From the IMG/VR virus record IMGVR_UViG_3300022602_000024, positions 1 to 64,000 of that record: a stretch of 64,000 nucleotides of DNA; one strand, 5' to 3'. Of this stretch, positions 18,586-26,704 are shown in pieces (positions within the stretch are counted from its first letter, which is position 1; every line of letters begins with the position of its first letter). The position numbers and the translations under genes were made by a program. Under the pieces are notes generated by a model. It worked only from the letters and a program-made list of their open reading frames with translations, was not told the DNA's origin and made no database searches.

Positions 18586-18819
18586 TTACAGACCGACCGG
18601 AGCTGCGCCGGCTTCTGGTGCAGGTGCATATTGTGTTGCTACCTGCTTGAGTTTCTTTTCGTGTTCTAATTTACGAACGTCGTGACTCTGACGTAGTTGA
18701 TTTAAATGCGCAAAGGTTAGTCGTGGCTTGCGGCTATCGTCGAATTTTAAGACACTTTGATCTTTCTTTTCGTCATAATAGCCTGCAGGCGCTTTGTCAA
18801 ATAATTCAAATATGTTCAT
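18586..18819 (-). CDS. Small head-module protein (77 aa)
   Basis: ORF between portal and core protein; TAAATA at 18826-18831 lies 6 nt before ATG. Confidence 0.65.
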   Translation of the reverse strand: MNIFELFDKAPAGYYDEKKDQSVLKFDDSRKPRLTFAHLNQLRQSHDVRKLEHEKKLKQVATQYAPAPEAGAAPVGL

Positions 18820-18843
18820 ATCTACTATTTAACCTTTTTGTAA

Positions 18844-20565
18844 TTAAAGTGCTGGTCCGCCGCCACCTTGCGCGGCTCCTGCACCTTGAGGACCACCGCC
18901 AGGTGCTTGTGCAGCACCACTTAGATCCATATCCCCGCCGCCAGGTGTGGCTTCGGGACCAAGACCTTCTAGTTCATTATTAACAATACCTGAACTAATA
19001 CCAACACCGCCTAAGTTAGGTGCAGCTGGTGTTGCTGTTTCAGTATCCCCACGTTCTTCAGCAAACAACATTTCGTTTTCGCTCATTTCCTGCTCGGTTA
19101 GGCCTAAGTAACGCTTCATTAAGAAACGCTTGCTCAAGTATGGTATTTGTTCTAGTTGCGTAAATGTAGCAATTCTAGCACTGTCAATGTCTGCTTGACG
19201 GTATTGCGCAAAGTTTTGTGGAGGATTAAATGACAAATCAAACAAACTTCCGTCAATATTAAAGCCTCTCCAACGCATAAACAACTTAAATTCTGCATCT
19301 AACTTGTCGCAAATCATTGCTTGTAAACGCTGGCAATACTGATTAAAACGCCATTCTTGAATAAGCGCGGTACCTACACGACCATCTGTATAAGCAGCAG
19401 TTCCGTCTTCGGCAGTAGTAGGCAAATAACTACTAGGAATACGCAAACCACGGAATAACTTGTTGGTAAAGAAGCGTAAATCAGTGATTTCACCTAGATT
19501 AGCACCGCCAGGTAGCACTTCAACGCTTGATCCACGACCTTCTGCAGTTTGTGGAAAGAAATAGTCTTCGTTTGTGCTTAATGGATTATACGTAGCATCC
19601 ATCATGTTGGCATTTTGATTGGGACCGCCTGATTGTGTAGGTATTCTACGTTGGTGAATTTCGTTTTTAATACGTTCTACAAACGCCATAGCCATATGAC
19701 TGGGCATGTTACCTACGTCAATCTTAAAGATACGACGCTCCGGGGCACGTTGCACACGGTAGATAATGATACTGTCTTCCAGCAGTTCTTTTTGCTTAAA
19801 AACCTTAAAAATGTTCTCTAATACAGAGTTACCAAAGGGCCAAAATACATCTAAGCCTTCTGTTAAACTCACATGCACCACGTGTTCTGCATTGATAGCA
19901 GCTTCGTTCTTAGCATGACTAAAGCGTGAACCACCACCAAATGGTGTTTGTGGTTGTACATAAGCGCCCGATGGTCCACCTACTTGAGGGTGATTCATAT
20001 AAGTGTCTGTGGTAGCAACCGCAGTAGCAGTCAAATTTTGAAAGTTAATGTTCAAGTCTTTAATCAAGTATTGCTCGGGCTCTTTGCCTTTGCTTTCGTT
20101 AACAATAACTTTAGTGATCTTGGACATTTCTGTCCACATGAGCTTAAAGTTTTCAGGGTCACGTAAAAATACTTGGTCTCCGTACTTCAATACGTTACGT
20201 ACAACTTTGAATATGCGCTTGTTCCAGTCGTTTAGTGCAACCCATTGTTGTAGTTGCTCCTTTAATATCTTAACTTCGTTATCACTAGGCTTGTCTTTGA
20301 ACGCCAATGTAAAAGCAGTATGATTGTCTTCGTTCTTTTGTGTCATAAACTCAGCTAAAATGTCTAAAGCTGCGTTTACTTCTGAATCCATATCCATTTG
20401 TTCATATTGATTATAACGTTCAATACGATTTGGATGCCCAATATACACTTCAGGTAACTGGCTTTGATAGTTGCGGAATCCGGGGTCAGGCAAGCGACCA
20501 CCACCCAATGGGGAGATGTTACTTGGTAAATTGCTTGTCTTAAAGTACTTTTTCCAGCCTGCCAT
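18844..20565 (-). CDS. gp20: Portal vertex protein
   Basis: LEDSIIIYRVQRAPERRIFKIDVGNMP, EDYFFP....GRGSSVE.LPGG and LRIPSSYL motifs of T4 gp20. Confidence 0.96.
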   Translation of the reverse strand: MAGWKKYFKTSNLPSNISPLGGGRLPDPGFRNYQSQLPEVYIGHPNRIERYNQYEQMDMDSEVNAALDILAEFMTQKNEDNHTAFTLAFKDKPSDNEVKILKEQLQQWVALNDWNKRIFKVVRNVLKYGDQVFLRDPENFKLMWTEMSKITKVIVNESKGKEPEQYLIKDLNINFQNLTATAVATTDTYMNHPQVGGPSGAYVQPQTPFGGGSRFSHAKNEAAINAEHVVHVSLTEGLDVFWPFGNSVLENIFKVFKQKELLEDSIIIYRVQRAPERRIFKIDVGNMPSHMAMAFVERIKNEIHQRRIPTQSGGPNQNANMMDATYNPLSTNEDYFFPQTAEGRGSSVEVLPGGANLGEITDLRFFTNKLFRGLRIPSSYLPTTAEDGTAAYTDGRVGTALIQEWRFNQYCQRLQAMICDKLDAEFKLFMRWRGFNIDGSLFDLSFNPPQNFAQYRQADIDSARIATFTQLEQIPYLSKRFLMKRYLGLTEQEMSENEMLFAEERGDTETATPAAPNLGGVGISSGIVNNELEGLGPEATPGGGDMDLSGAAQAPGGGPQGAGAAQGGGGPAL

Positions 20566-20585
20566 ATTGTATCCTGTGTATGCTA

Positions 20586-20593
20586 TATTTATA
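20586..20593 (-). promoter_or_regulatory. Late promoter TATAAATA for the portal operon
   Basis: Exact consensus about 20 nt upstream of the portal ATG. Confidence 0.78.
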
Positions 20594-20597
20594 GCAT

Positions 20598-23204
20598 TTA
20601 GGCCACAGCCCGGAAATGATTTTCTGAGATATCTTTGTGATCTTCGAGTATATTAATCATTTCGTCAAATTTATCTAACAATGCTTGCATACCTGGCAAC
20701 ATACCGTTGACTAACGGAGTTACCAGTTCACGTTGCCCACCTTCTGCCACTGTTACATTAGATCCGCTAGAACTGGGATTTACAATTCCCCCGCTAGCAA
20801 GCTGAGCATGAACGTGGTCTCCAGTTGCAGTAACTTTTGTACCATCTTTTCGTAATATTTCTTGTCCTTTTTTCTCAAAATCAACTCTAGAGAATCCTAT
20901 TGCTTTTAGTGCAGCAACCACTGTGTCAACATCACCTAGGGGATTAATGTCTATGGCTTTACCCCACCCGTGCACATCGTTTTTGTGTGCTGCAAAAATA
21001 TCCGAATCATTAAGTGCATTTATCATCACGTGAGATAATACAGAATCAGAATTCATTTTATCAAGCATGCCTTGCAGTTGAGGGGTGATCCCACCAGTAC
21101 CAGCTCTACCATTGGTCATCAATCTACCTACATTTGGTGGCACTAATTCAGACAATCCTCTTGTAAGCGATCTACCCGGGCCTTCGGTGCCATACAATTC
21201 AGTGTCGCCACCGCCTTCACTGACAGAAGCTGGTGCAGCAGTTCCTGCTGAGCCACCAATACCCCCAGCAGTAGCAGGTTTGTGTATGCCAGTATGAGCC
21301 CCACCAATGGCTGCACCTCCGCCCGAGGATCCAAAAGCGTGAGCACCACTGACAGCAGCAGAGGCACGTCCATTGGCTTCACGTCTTTGTTTTTCTTCTG
21401 GTGAGACAAATCCAAGTTTGTCCCTGTAGTTGTACAAATCATCGTATATTTCTTTGATCATGTCAGAAAATTGGCTAAGACCTCCATCTAGTCCTTTCAT
21501 GATCTCTATACGCTGACTTTGCCAATCCATCATTTGTTCTGCAAAGTGTGTAGGGTCACCAGCTCCGCTAGTTAATGCTTTGGCTGCGTCCCCAAAAACA
21601 TCAGCCATTTTAGTACCAGCAAGACTTAGTTTTTCAGCATTTTGATAAATGCCTTGAACATCACCGTACTCGCCTGTTAACAGGTTTACTTGCCCAAATC
21701 CAGTTTTACCTACTTGATTCAACATAGGCTTTGACATTTGTTGTATAGTTGTTACTGTTGCTTTGCCTGTTCTTGCAGCTTCGTTTGAGATATTTCTTGA
21801 ATTTTTTGCAGCCTCTTCAACCATTTGTCTGATAGCTGGTGCTTGTGCAGAAGCCATTAAGAATCCCTGTTGTGTAATAAATCCGTAAACACGTTGTTGC
21901 ATATAAGCAGTTTGTGTTTCTTGATTATCGCCAAGAGTTTTTAGATTCTGTTGAAATCCTTCTACTAATTTTTTAAATCTGTCGGCTATTTCTTCTTGTG
22001 TTCCACCGCCGGCTACTGCTTCTTCTCGCAGTTTTGATAAAACTTGAGTTTGCATTGTAGCGGCTTCAGCACGAGCCTGCGCTTTTTTAGCATCTTCACT
22101 AGTGAATGCACTTATGGCTTTTATGTTAACTAACCAATCACGTGTTTCTTTGGCAATGTCTTGAGCATTTTTTCTTTGTAAATCGCCAGCCATACCCAGT
22201 ACACCCATATAGTGTATAGTACCGTCAGCGATATCTTCAAATGTTAGACCCAAATTCAGCAGTTGCTCAGTGAAACCATTGGTGCCCATTGCATTACTAA
22301 CCATACTGAACTGTTTAGCACCTTGTGTAACCGAACCTCCAAACTTTATGAGACTTTCAGTGTTATTTTTTATTGCATTAGCAAATTGTGTTTGATCTAA
22401 ATAAGCATCTTCAGCAAGTTGACGCAATTCTAATAACCCACCAGCAAATGTAGCACCAGCAGATGATACTGTTTGCATGGCTTTGACTGCACCATCCATT
22501 TCTTTAGATAGTGTTTGTATTTTAAACTTTTTAAGGTCTTCGTATTTTTCAAACAAGAAGCCACCAGCAGCCGTAGCTGCGGCCCCAAGTGCCCATAACG
22601 GGGCTGCTGCGCCCCCAGTGGCCGCAGACAAAACTCCTAATCCTGTCATTGCACTAGAAGCTGCGCCAGTCATGCCTTTGACTACTTCAACATTCCTGTC
22701 AATTTGTAGTGTTTGCAATTCTCCTGCAGCCTGAAAAGCACTGGCATTGCTTTGATAACTGCTTATTAAAGATTTATAAACATTTATACCGTAGTTGGCA
22801 GTTGCAACTGCAATGGTTTCTGCACTGTCGACCACTGCTTTGACCAGATGTGCCGAAGCTGATTGTTCTTTGAGCTTGTTTATTTCAGACTGTTTAGCGG
22901 CTCGTTCGTTAGCGTCAGTTAATTCATCAACTTGTTCTTGTAAATAATGCAGATCTCCAGCAACATCTGTGTAGCTTTTTCGTCCCGATTTTAATGCTTT
23001 ATCAAGTTGATTTAAAGAATAATTGGCTTGTCGTAATATTGTGTCTTGATCCCTGGTAGATCCAGCCAATTTCTTCGATTTATCAATTATGCCCTCAAGT
23101 GCTTCAGCTTCTTTTTTACCAAGAGAATTTAATAGAAGTTGATTTTTTCTCTTCCATTCAAACAGTTCTTTTTCTAATTCTAACGCTTCATTATTTTCAG
23201 GCAT
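20598..23204 (-). CDS. Tape-measure-like protein with C-terminal M15-type peptidase motif
   Basis: Long helical A/Q/G-rich ORF with HGWGKAID...DHVH near the C-terminus and a terminal ASGGIV....TVAEGG.RELV motif. Start moved to ATG 23204 because the track start (23234) overlaps the promoter region. Confidence 0.72.
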   Translation of the reverse strand: MPENNEALELEKELFEWKRKNQLLLNSLGKKEAEALEGIIDKSKKLAGSTRDQDTILRQANYSLNQLDKALKSGRKSYTDVAGDLHYLQEQVDELTDANERAAKQSEINKLKEQSASAHLVKAVVDSAETIAVATANYGINVYKSLISSYQSNASAFQAAGELQTLQIDRNVEVVKGMTGAASSAMTGLGVLSAATGGAAAPLWALGAAATAAGGFLFEKYEDLKKFKIQTLSKEMDGAVKAMQTVSSAGATFAGGLLELRQLAEDAYLDQTQFANAIKNNTESLIKFGGSVTQGAKQFSMVSNAMGTNGFTEQLLNLGLTFEDIADGTIHYMGVLGMAGDLQRKNAQDIAKETRDWLVNIKAISAFTSEDAKKAQARAEAATMQTQVLSKLREEAVAGGGTQEEIADRFKKLVEGFQQNLKTLGDNQETQTAYMQQRVYGFITQQGFLMASAQAPAIRQMVEEAAKNSRNISNEAARTGKATVTTIQQMSKPMLNQVGKTGFGQVNLLTGEYGDVQGIYQNAEKLSLAGTKMADVFGDAAKALTSGAGDPTHFAEQMMDWQSQRIEIMKGLDGGLSQFSDMIKEIYDDLYNYRDKLGFVSPEEKQRREANGRASAAVSGAHAFGSSGGGAAIGGAHTGIHKPATAGGIGGSAGTAAPASVSEGGGDTELYGTEGPGRSLTRGLSELVPPNVGRLMTNGRAGTGGITPQLQGMLDKMNSDSVLSHVMINALNDSDIFAAHKNDVHGWGKAIDINPLGDVDTVVAALKAIGFSRVDFEKKGQEILRKDGTKVTATGDHVHAQLASGGIVNPSSSGSNVTVAEGGQRELVTPLVNGMLPGMQALLDKFDEMINILEDHKDISENHFRAVA

Positions 23205-23216
23205 GATTTTTCCAGG

Positions 23217-23241
23217 TAAATATGAATATATCATTTATTTA
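23217..23241. promoter_or_regulatory. Face-to-face TAAATA late promoters
   Basis: TAAATA on + at 23217-23222 and on - at 23241-23236, between divergent genes. Confidence 0.6.
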
Positions 23242-23254
23242 TGGGATCAAAAAT

Positions 23255-24094
23255 ATGGAAAATATCTCTGCTAATCCTTTAGCTAAACATTTTAGACAAC
23301 CTGCAATTTACATGAAATTGCCTAGTGGTGGTCGTTTTTGGAAAGAAGGCAGTTTAAATCTTCCCGCAACCGGCGATATACCTGTTTACCCAATGACTGC
23401 ACGTGATGAAATTACTATCCGTACACCCGATGCATTGATGAACGGTCAAGGTGTAGTTGATGTTATACAAAGTTGTTGCCCAAACATAATAGATGCGTGG
23501 AAAATGCCCAGTATTGACGTTGATGCAGTATTGCTAAACATACGTATTGCCAGTTACGGGGGCAATATGGATTTTGATACCAAATGTCCAGCTTGCCAAA
23601 ATGAATCAAGTTTTAGTTTAGACATGGGCAAGATAGTACAACAAATTTCTATGCCAAACTACGATGATCCTTTGGTATTTGACGGATTTAAAATAAAACT
23701 TAAACCACAACCGTATTTTGAAGTAAACCGTGTAAATCAAATCAGTTTCACTGAGCAACAGATACTGCGTTCAGTTAACGATAACAATATACCCGACGAA
23801 GAAAAGAAAACAATAACTGAAAAATATCTAAACAAGTTGATTGATTTAAACATCGAAGTTAGTTTAAACAGTACCAGTTCTATTACATTAGATGACGGTA
23901 CAGTAGTTACTAATATAATGCATATTAAAGAATTCTATGCCAATGCAGAATACAGAATATTAAAAGACATAGAAAAACGTCTCAAAGAGATCAATGATCA
24001 AGTGGCACTTGATCCAGTTGATGTTGTGTGCTCTGCTTGCGCTAACGAATATAAAATTCCGCTAACCTTTGACTACGCAAATTTTTTCGGTTAA
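23255..24094 (+). CDS. T4 gp26-like baseplate hub/tail assembly protein
   Basis: NPL..HFRQPAIY.KLPS.G, MTARDE, L.IR.ASYG, CP.C and C..C motifs, ending DYANFFG. ATG 23255 is preferred over 23222. Confidence 0.75.
   Translation: MENISANPLAKHFRQPAIYMKLPSGGRFWKEGSLNLPATGDIPVYPMTARDEITIRTPDALMNGQGVVDVIQSCCPNIIDAWKMPSIDVDAVLLNIRIASYGGNMDFDTKCPACQNESSFSLDMGKIVQQISMPNYDDPLVFDGFKIKLKPQPYFEVNRVNQISFTEQQILRSVNDNNIPDEEKKTITEKYLNKLIDLNIEVSLNSTSSITLDDGTVVTNIMHIKEFYANAEYRILKDIEKRLKEINDQVALDPVDVVCSACANEYKIPLTFDYANFFG
24082..24088 (+). other. Slippery heptamer T TTT TTC (putative -1 programmed frameshift)
   Basis: X XXY YYZ heptamer two codons before the stop. The -1 frame is open from 24073 through 24318. 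Confidence 0.65.
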
Positions 24095-24099
24095 GGCTT

Positions 24100-24318
24100 T
24101 TGTCTCTATCCAATGAAGAGATTGTAGCACAAATTGAATCAATGGAAAATGAGACAAAAGCCATTAAACAAGAAGCACTAAAAATGTGTTGGTATATGCG
24201 AGGTGGTCTTAGTTATACCGAATCTATGGATTTAAGTTTTACAGAACGTGAAATTATTGGTAAAATAATTAAAGAACATATAGAAACAACTAAAGAGTCA
24301 GGATTGCCATTCTTTTAA
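24100..24318 (+). CDS. gp51-like baseplate hub assembly protein, probably the frameshift extension of the upstream ORF
   Basis: CWYMRGGLSY.E..DLS..ERE.I..II.E motif. Only a TTG or an SD-less ATG is available as an independent start. Confidence 0.65.
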   Translation: MSLSNEEIVAQIESMENETKAIKQEALKMCWYMRGGLSYTESMDLSFTEREIIGKIIKEHIETTKESGLPFF

Positions 24319-24742
24319 GATGTACTGCGTACATCTGTTGTTTCGCTTATCAGCTCACAACACTATTCTTATTCGCTTAAGCGGATTAAGTTTCATCCAG
24401 ATTCCTCAGTCACACTTTGCCCGCACAGGGCAAAGATCACTTCATCCGAGTTCGGAACAGTCATTAGCGTTACTGCATTACAGAGGCGGTTGTCCGGTAC
24501 CTCGAGCAGTGTCTTTATCACAACGGCAACTAATATAATATACGCTAACATACTATATTAACCTGCACTATCGCTAGTGCGTCTTTTTAGCCTTAAATTC
24601 TTTTCAAACAATCAAACTAGAGCATTTAACCAGTCGTCATCCTTAACGGGTAGTGATTGAGTACTCTCAACGGCGAGAGATTTACGTCCCTGTGACCCTG
24701 GGTCCAGTTTTCATGTACGCACGAACTTGGCCTGCGTGAGCC
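24318..24742 (-). ncRNA. Candidate large structured ncRNA (~420 nt) 3' of the GIY-YIG gene
   Basis: At least 10 stems read by eye, one GNRA-capped hairpin, a nested multi-stem and an 8-bp loop-to-distal complement. No credible ORF. Family not recognised. Confidence 0.65.
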
Positions 24743-25177
24743 TTAACCGTTTAACTTATCTTTTATGTGGGAGCCATGTACACGGACCTGAATGTGTCCG
24801 TTATAATAATCTGCTGATTCTAAGACTTGGTGTCGAAATTGTTCTCTTGCTTCTATGTAGGAGCATTCTGCTTTGGATTTACAGTAAAAAAGTATTTCTC
24901 TAGTGAAGTTTTCTTTGCCTAGAGTTTCTACATCTTTGTTTAGTTCTATATTTGAGCCATAATATTCGCGCCAATCACTGTCAATTGTACCACGAATTTT
25001 CTTTTTTTTCTTTGTACCGTTTTTGAGTTTTACTGTTTTATATGTTGTTTTAGAGAATTTTGCTAGTTTCTTGCCTATATATTTACGATTAGATAGATTA
25101 TTTGTAATGAGGTATACAAACCCGACACAATCTTCGGGCAAGTCCTCTACAGTGATGTTTTGATAAAGCCATGACAT
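24743..25177 (-). CDS. Minimal GIY-YIG endonuclease (Seg-like catalytic domain only, 144 aa)
   Basis: GFVYLITN...RKYIGKK, Y.GS, F.REIL, conserved E (YIEARE) and N (YYNG). No appended DNA-binding domain. Confidence 0.85.
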   Translation of the reverse strand: MSWLYQNITVEDLPEDCVGFVYLITNNLSNRKYIGKKLAKFSKTTYKTVKLKNGTKKKKKIRGTIDSDWREYYGSNIELNKDVETLGKENFTREILFYCKSKAECSYIEAREQFRHQVLESADYYNGHIQVRVHGSHIKDKLNG

Positions 25178-25196
25178 GCATATTAGTTATCATATT

Positions 25197-26258
25197 TTAA
25201 TATAATTGTAATTTTTTTAATAGATTTTCGTTCTCATACAACATTCCGAGATTATATCTGTTTTGTTGATCGTTAAAAGGACTACACCATGCACCAGACG
25301 TAGATCTTCCAAAATTGGTATAATCGTTGCCCAACCCAAAGTGTACTACTTTGGTTTGCTTCAATCCCAAACGATTACACCAGTATGTTTGCTTATCCAA
25401 GTACTTTGTAACATTGTAATCTACAGGAAATTGATTGATAATATCTAATGCTAATCCTGCACTCAACCTGTTGCAAATATTTTCATCGTTGCTCATCTGC
25501 ATGGGGTCTTGCGGTTTTTCCTTACACATGCGCACCGCTATCTTAGCACATTGTACAGGAAAAGTTTTGCTAAAGCTAAAAGTAATTTGCCTAATACAAT
25601 CTGCACTTAGATCAATATCAACCGCACCGTTGCTATTGGGTAGATAGATAAAATCTAACAACAGATCTATACCCTGTTGATTGCATTGAGCTATTAACCA
25701 ATCTAAATCTTTGTGTTTGTCGCCAGTTAATGCAAAAGGATAGCTACAGATACAAACATCATTGGCACGTAAATCATCATCTTCGATGTACGCCCACTCT
25801 GCACCAATTTTGCTCCAGATATCCATATGCCACCAGTAGTCTCCGCGAAATACTCTAAATCTTTTGTTTTTGTTAAACAAATAAAAGTTTATAAAACTTT
25901 CTTGTGTTCCTGCACTAAAGCCTACATACTTAAACTGATCAAAATTTTGTAAATTGTATCTGGTGCCTGCGGCAATCCAACTTGGAAATTTTTCTTCAAA
26001 TTGCTTTACAATCCAAGGATTCAGCAAATGTTGCGCTAAATTCAAACTTTGAGTATAGTCAATAACTTCACTGTCTTTTATGCTGTTGCCACTGCTAAAA
26101 ATACTGCGATATCTAGATCTTACAGGCTCAAATTTATTATTATCAGGAAATGCCCATATATATTCGCCGGGTACATCTAGTGTGCGGTCTCCACTGGCTT
26201 TTGCAAGAACCCAGGCCAAGGTTCTAACTTGATTTATATCTGTGCTAAAATTCTGCAT
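25197..26258 (-). CDS. PLP-dependent fold-type I (aminotransferase-like) protein, paralog B
   Basis: LLLDFIYLP and FSFSKTFP motifs (Asp and Lys of the PLP site); aligns by eye with paralog A. Start placed at ATG 26258. Confidence 0.6.
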   Translation of the reverse strand: MQNFSTDINQVRTLAWVLAKASGDRTLDVPGEYIWAFPDNNKFEPVRSRYRSIFSSGNSIKDSEVIDYTQSLNLAQHLLNPWIVKQFEEKFPSWIAAGTRYNLQNFDQFKYVGFSAGTQESFINFYLFNKNKRFRVFRGDYWWHMDIWSKIGAEWAYIEDDDLRANDVCICSYPFALTGDKHKDLDWLIAQCNQQGIDLLLDFIYLPNSNGAVDIDLSADCIRQITFSFSKTFPVQCAKIAVRMCKEKPQDPMQMSNDENICNRLSAGLALDIINQFPVDYNVTKYLDKQTYWCNRLGLKQTKVVHFGLGNDYTNFGRSTSGAWCSPFNDQQNRYNLGMLYENENLLKKLQLY

Positions 26259-26704
26259 GCTTGTTGATAGTAGTTGTAGTCTTCTTCCCAGTCTGGGTCG
26301 TTGTTGTTTTTTTCGTGACGTGTTTTCAAGATCCAATATAGTACAGGATTGTACAAGTCAATTATAAATTTTCCATTGGGACCAAAAAACAAACAACTTG
26401 GGTATACATTGCCGTTTTCAGCAAAAAACTTGCTCTCCCATATTAACTCTTCTAAATTGTAGTCGTCTATGACAATAGATTCCAATTCAAAGCTGCGATC
26501 TTTGACAATTTTTCCATCGGCTACGACGGTATCACTGGGCAATTTGTCCCAGTGCTCGATAACTAATGAACAAGGACCTTCATCTAACTCTATGTCATAA
26601 TTATATTCGTTGTTGACCAAACCAGAATATAATTCTTGATTGGCCACAGTTATTTTACACTTTGGAGAGTCAACAATGTTTTTAAATATTATCTGCAGTT
26701 TCAT
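26234..26704 (-). CDS. Hypothetical protein (156 aa)
   Basis: Overlaps both flanking PLP-type genes by about 25 nt; function not recognised. Confidence 0.6.
   Translation of the reverse strand: MKLQIIFKNIVDSPKCKITVANQELYSGLVNNEYNYDIELDEGPCSLVIEHWDKLPSDTVVADGKIVKDRSFELESIVIDDYNLEELIWESKFFAENGNVYPSCLFFGPNGKFIIDLYNPVLYWILKTRHEKNNNDPDWEEDYNYYQQACRILAQI

Noticed and set aside
24337-24360. Hammerhead-like CUGAUAAGCGAAAC on the minus strand
   Set aside because: The core differs from CUGANGA at an essential G and there is no room for stem II.
24320-24538. 72-aa plus-strand ORF in the candidate RNA region
   Set aside because: No SD, no recognisable motif, and it overlaps dense RNA stems; probably spurious.
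24318-25196. Group I intron hosting the GIY-YIG gene
   Set aside because: No interrupted host gene, only 19 nt between the nuclease start and the upstream gene, and no P7/P3 consensus recognised by eye.
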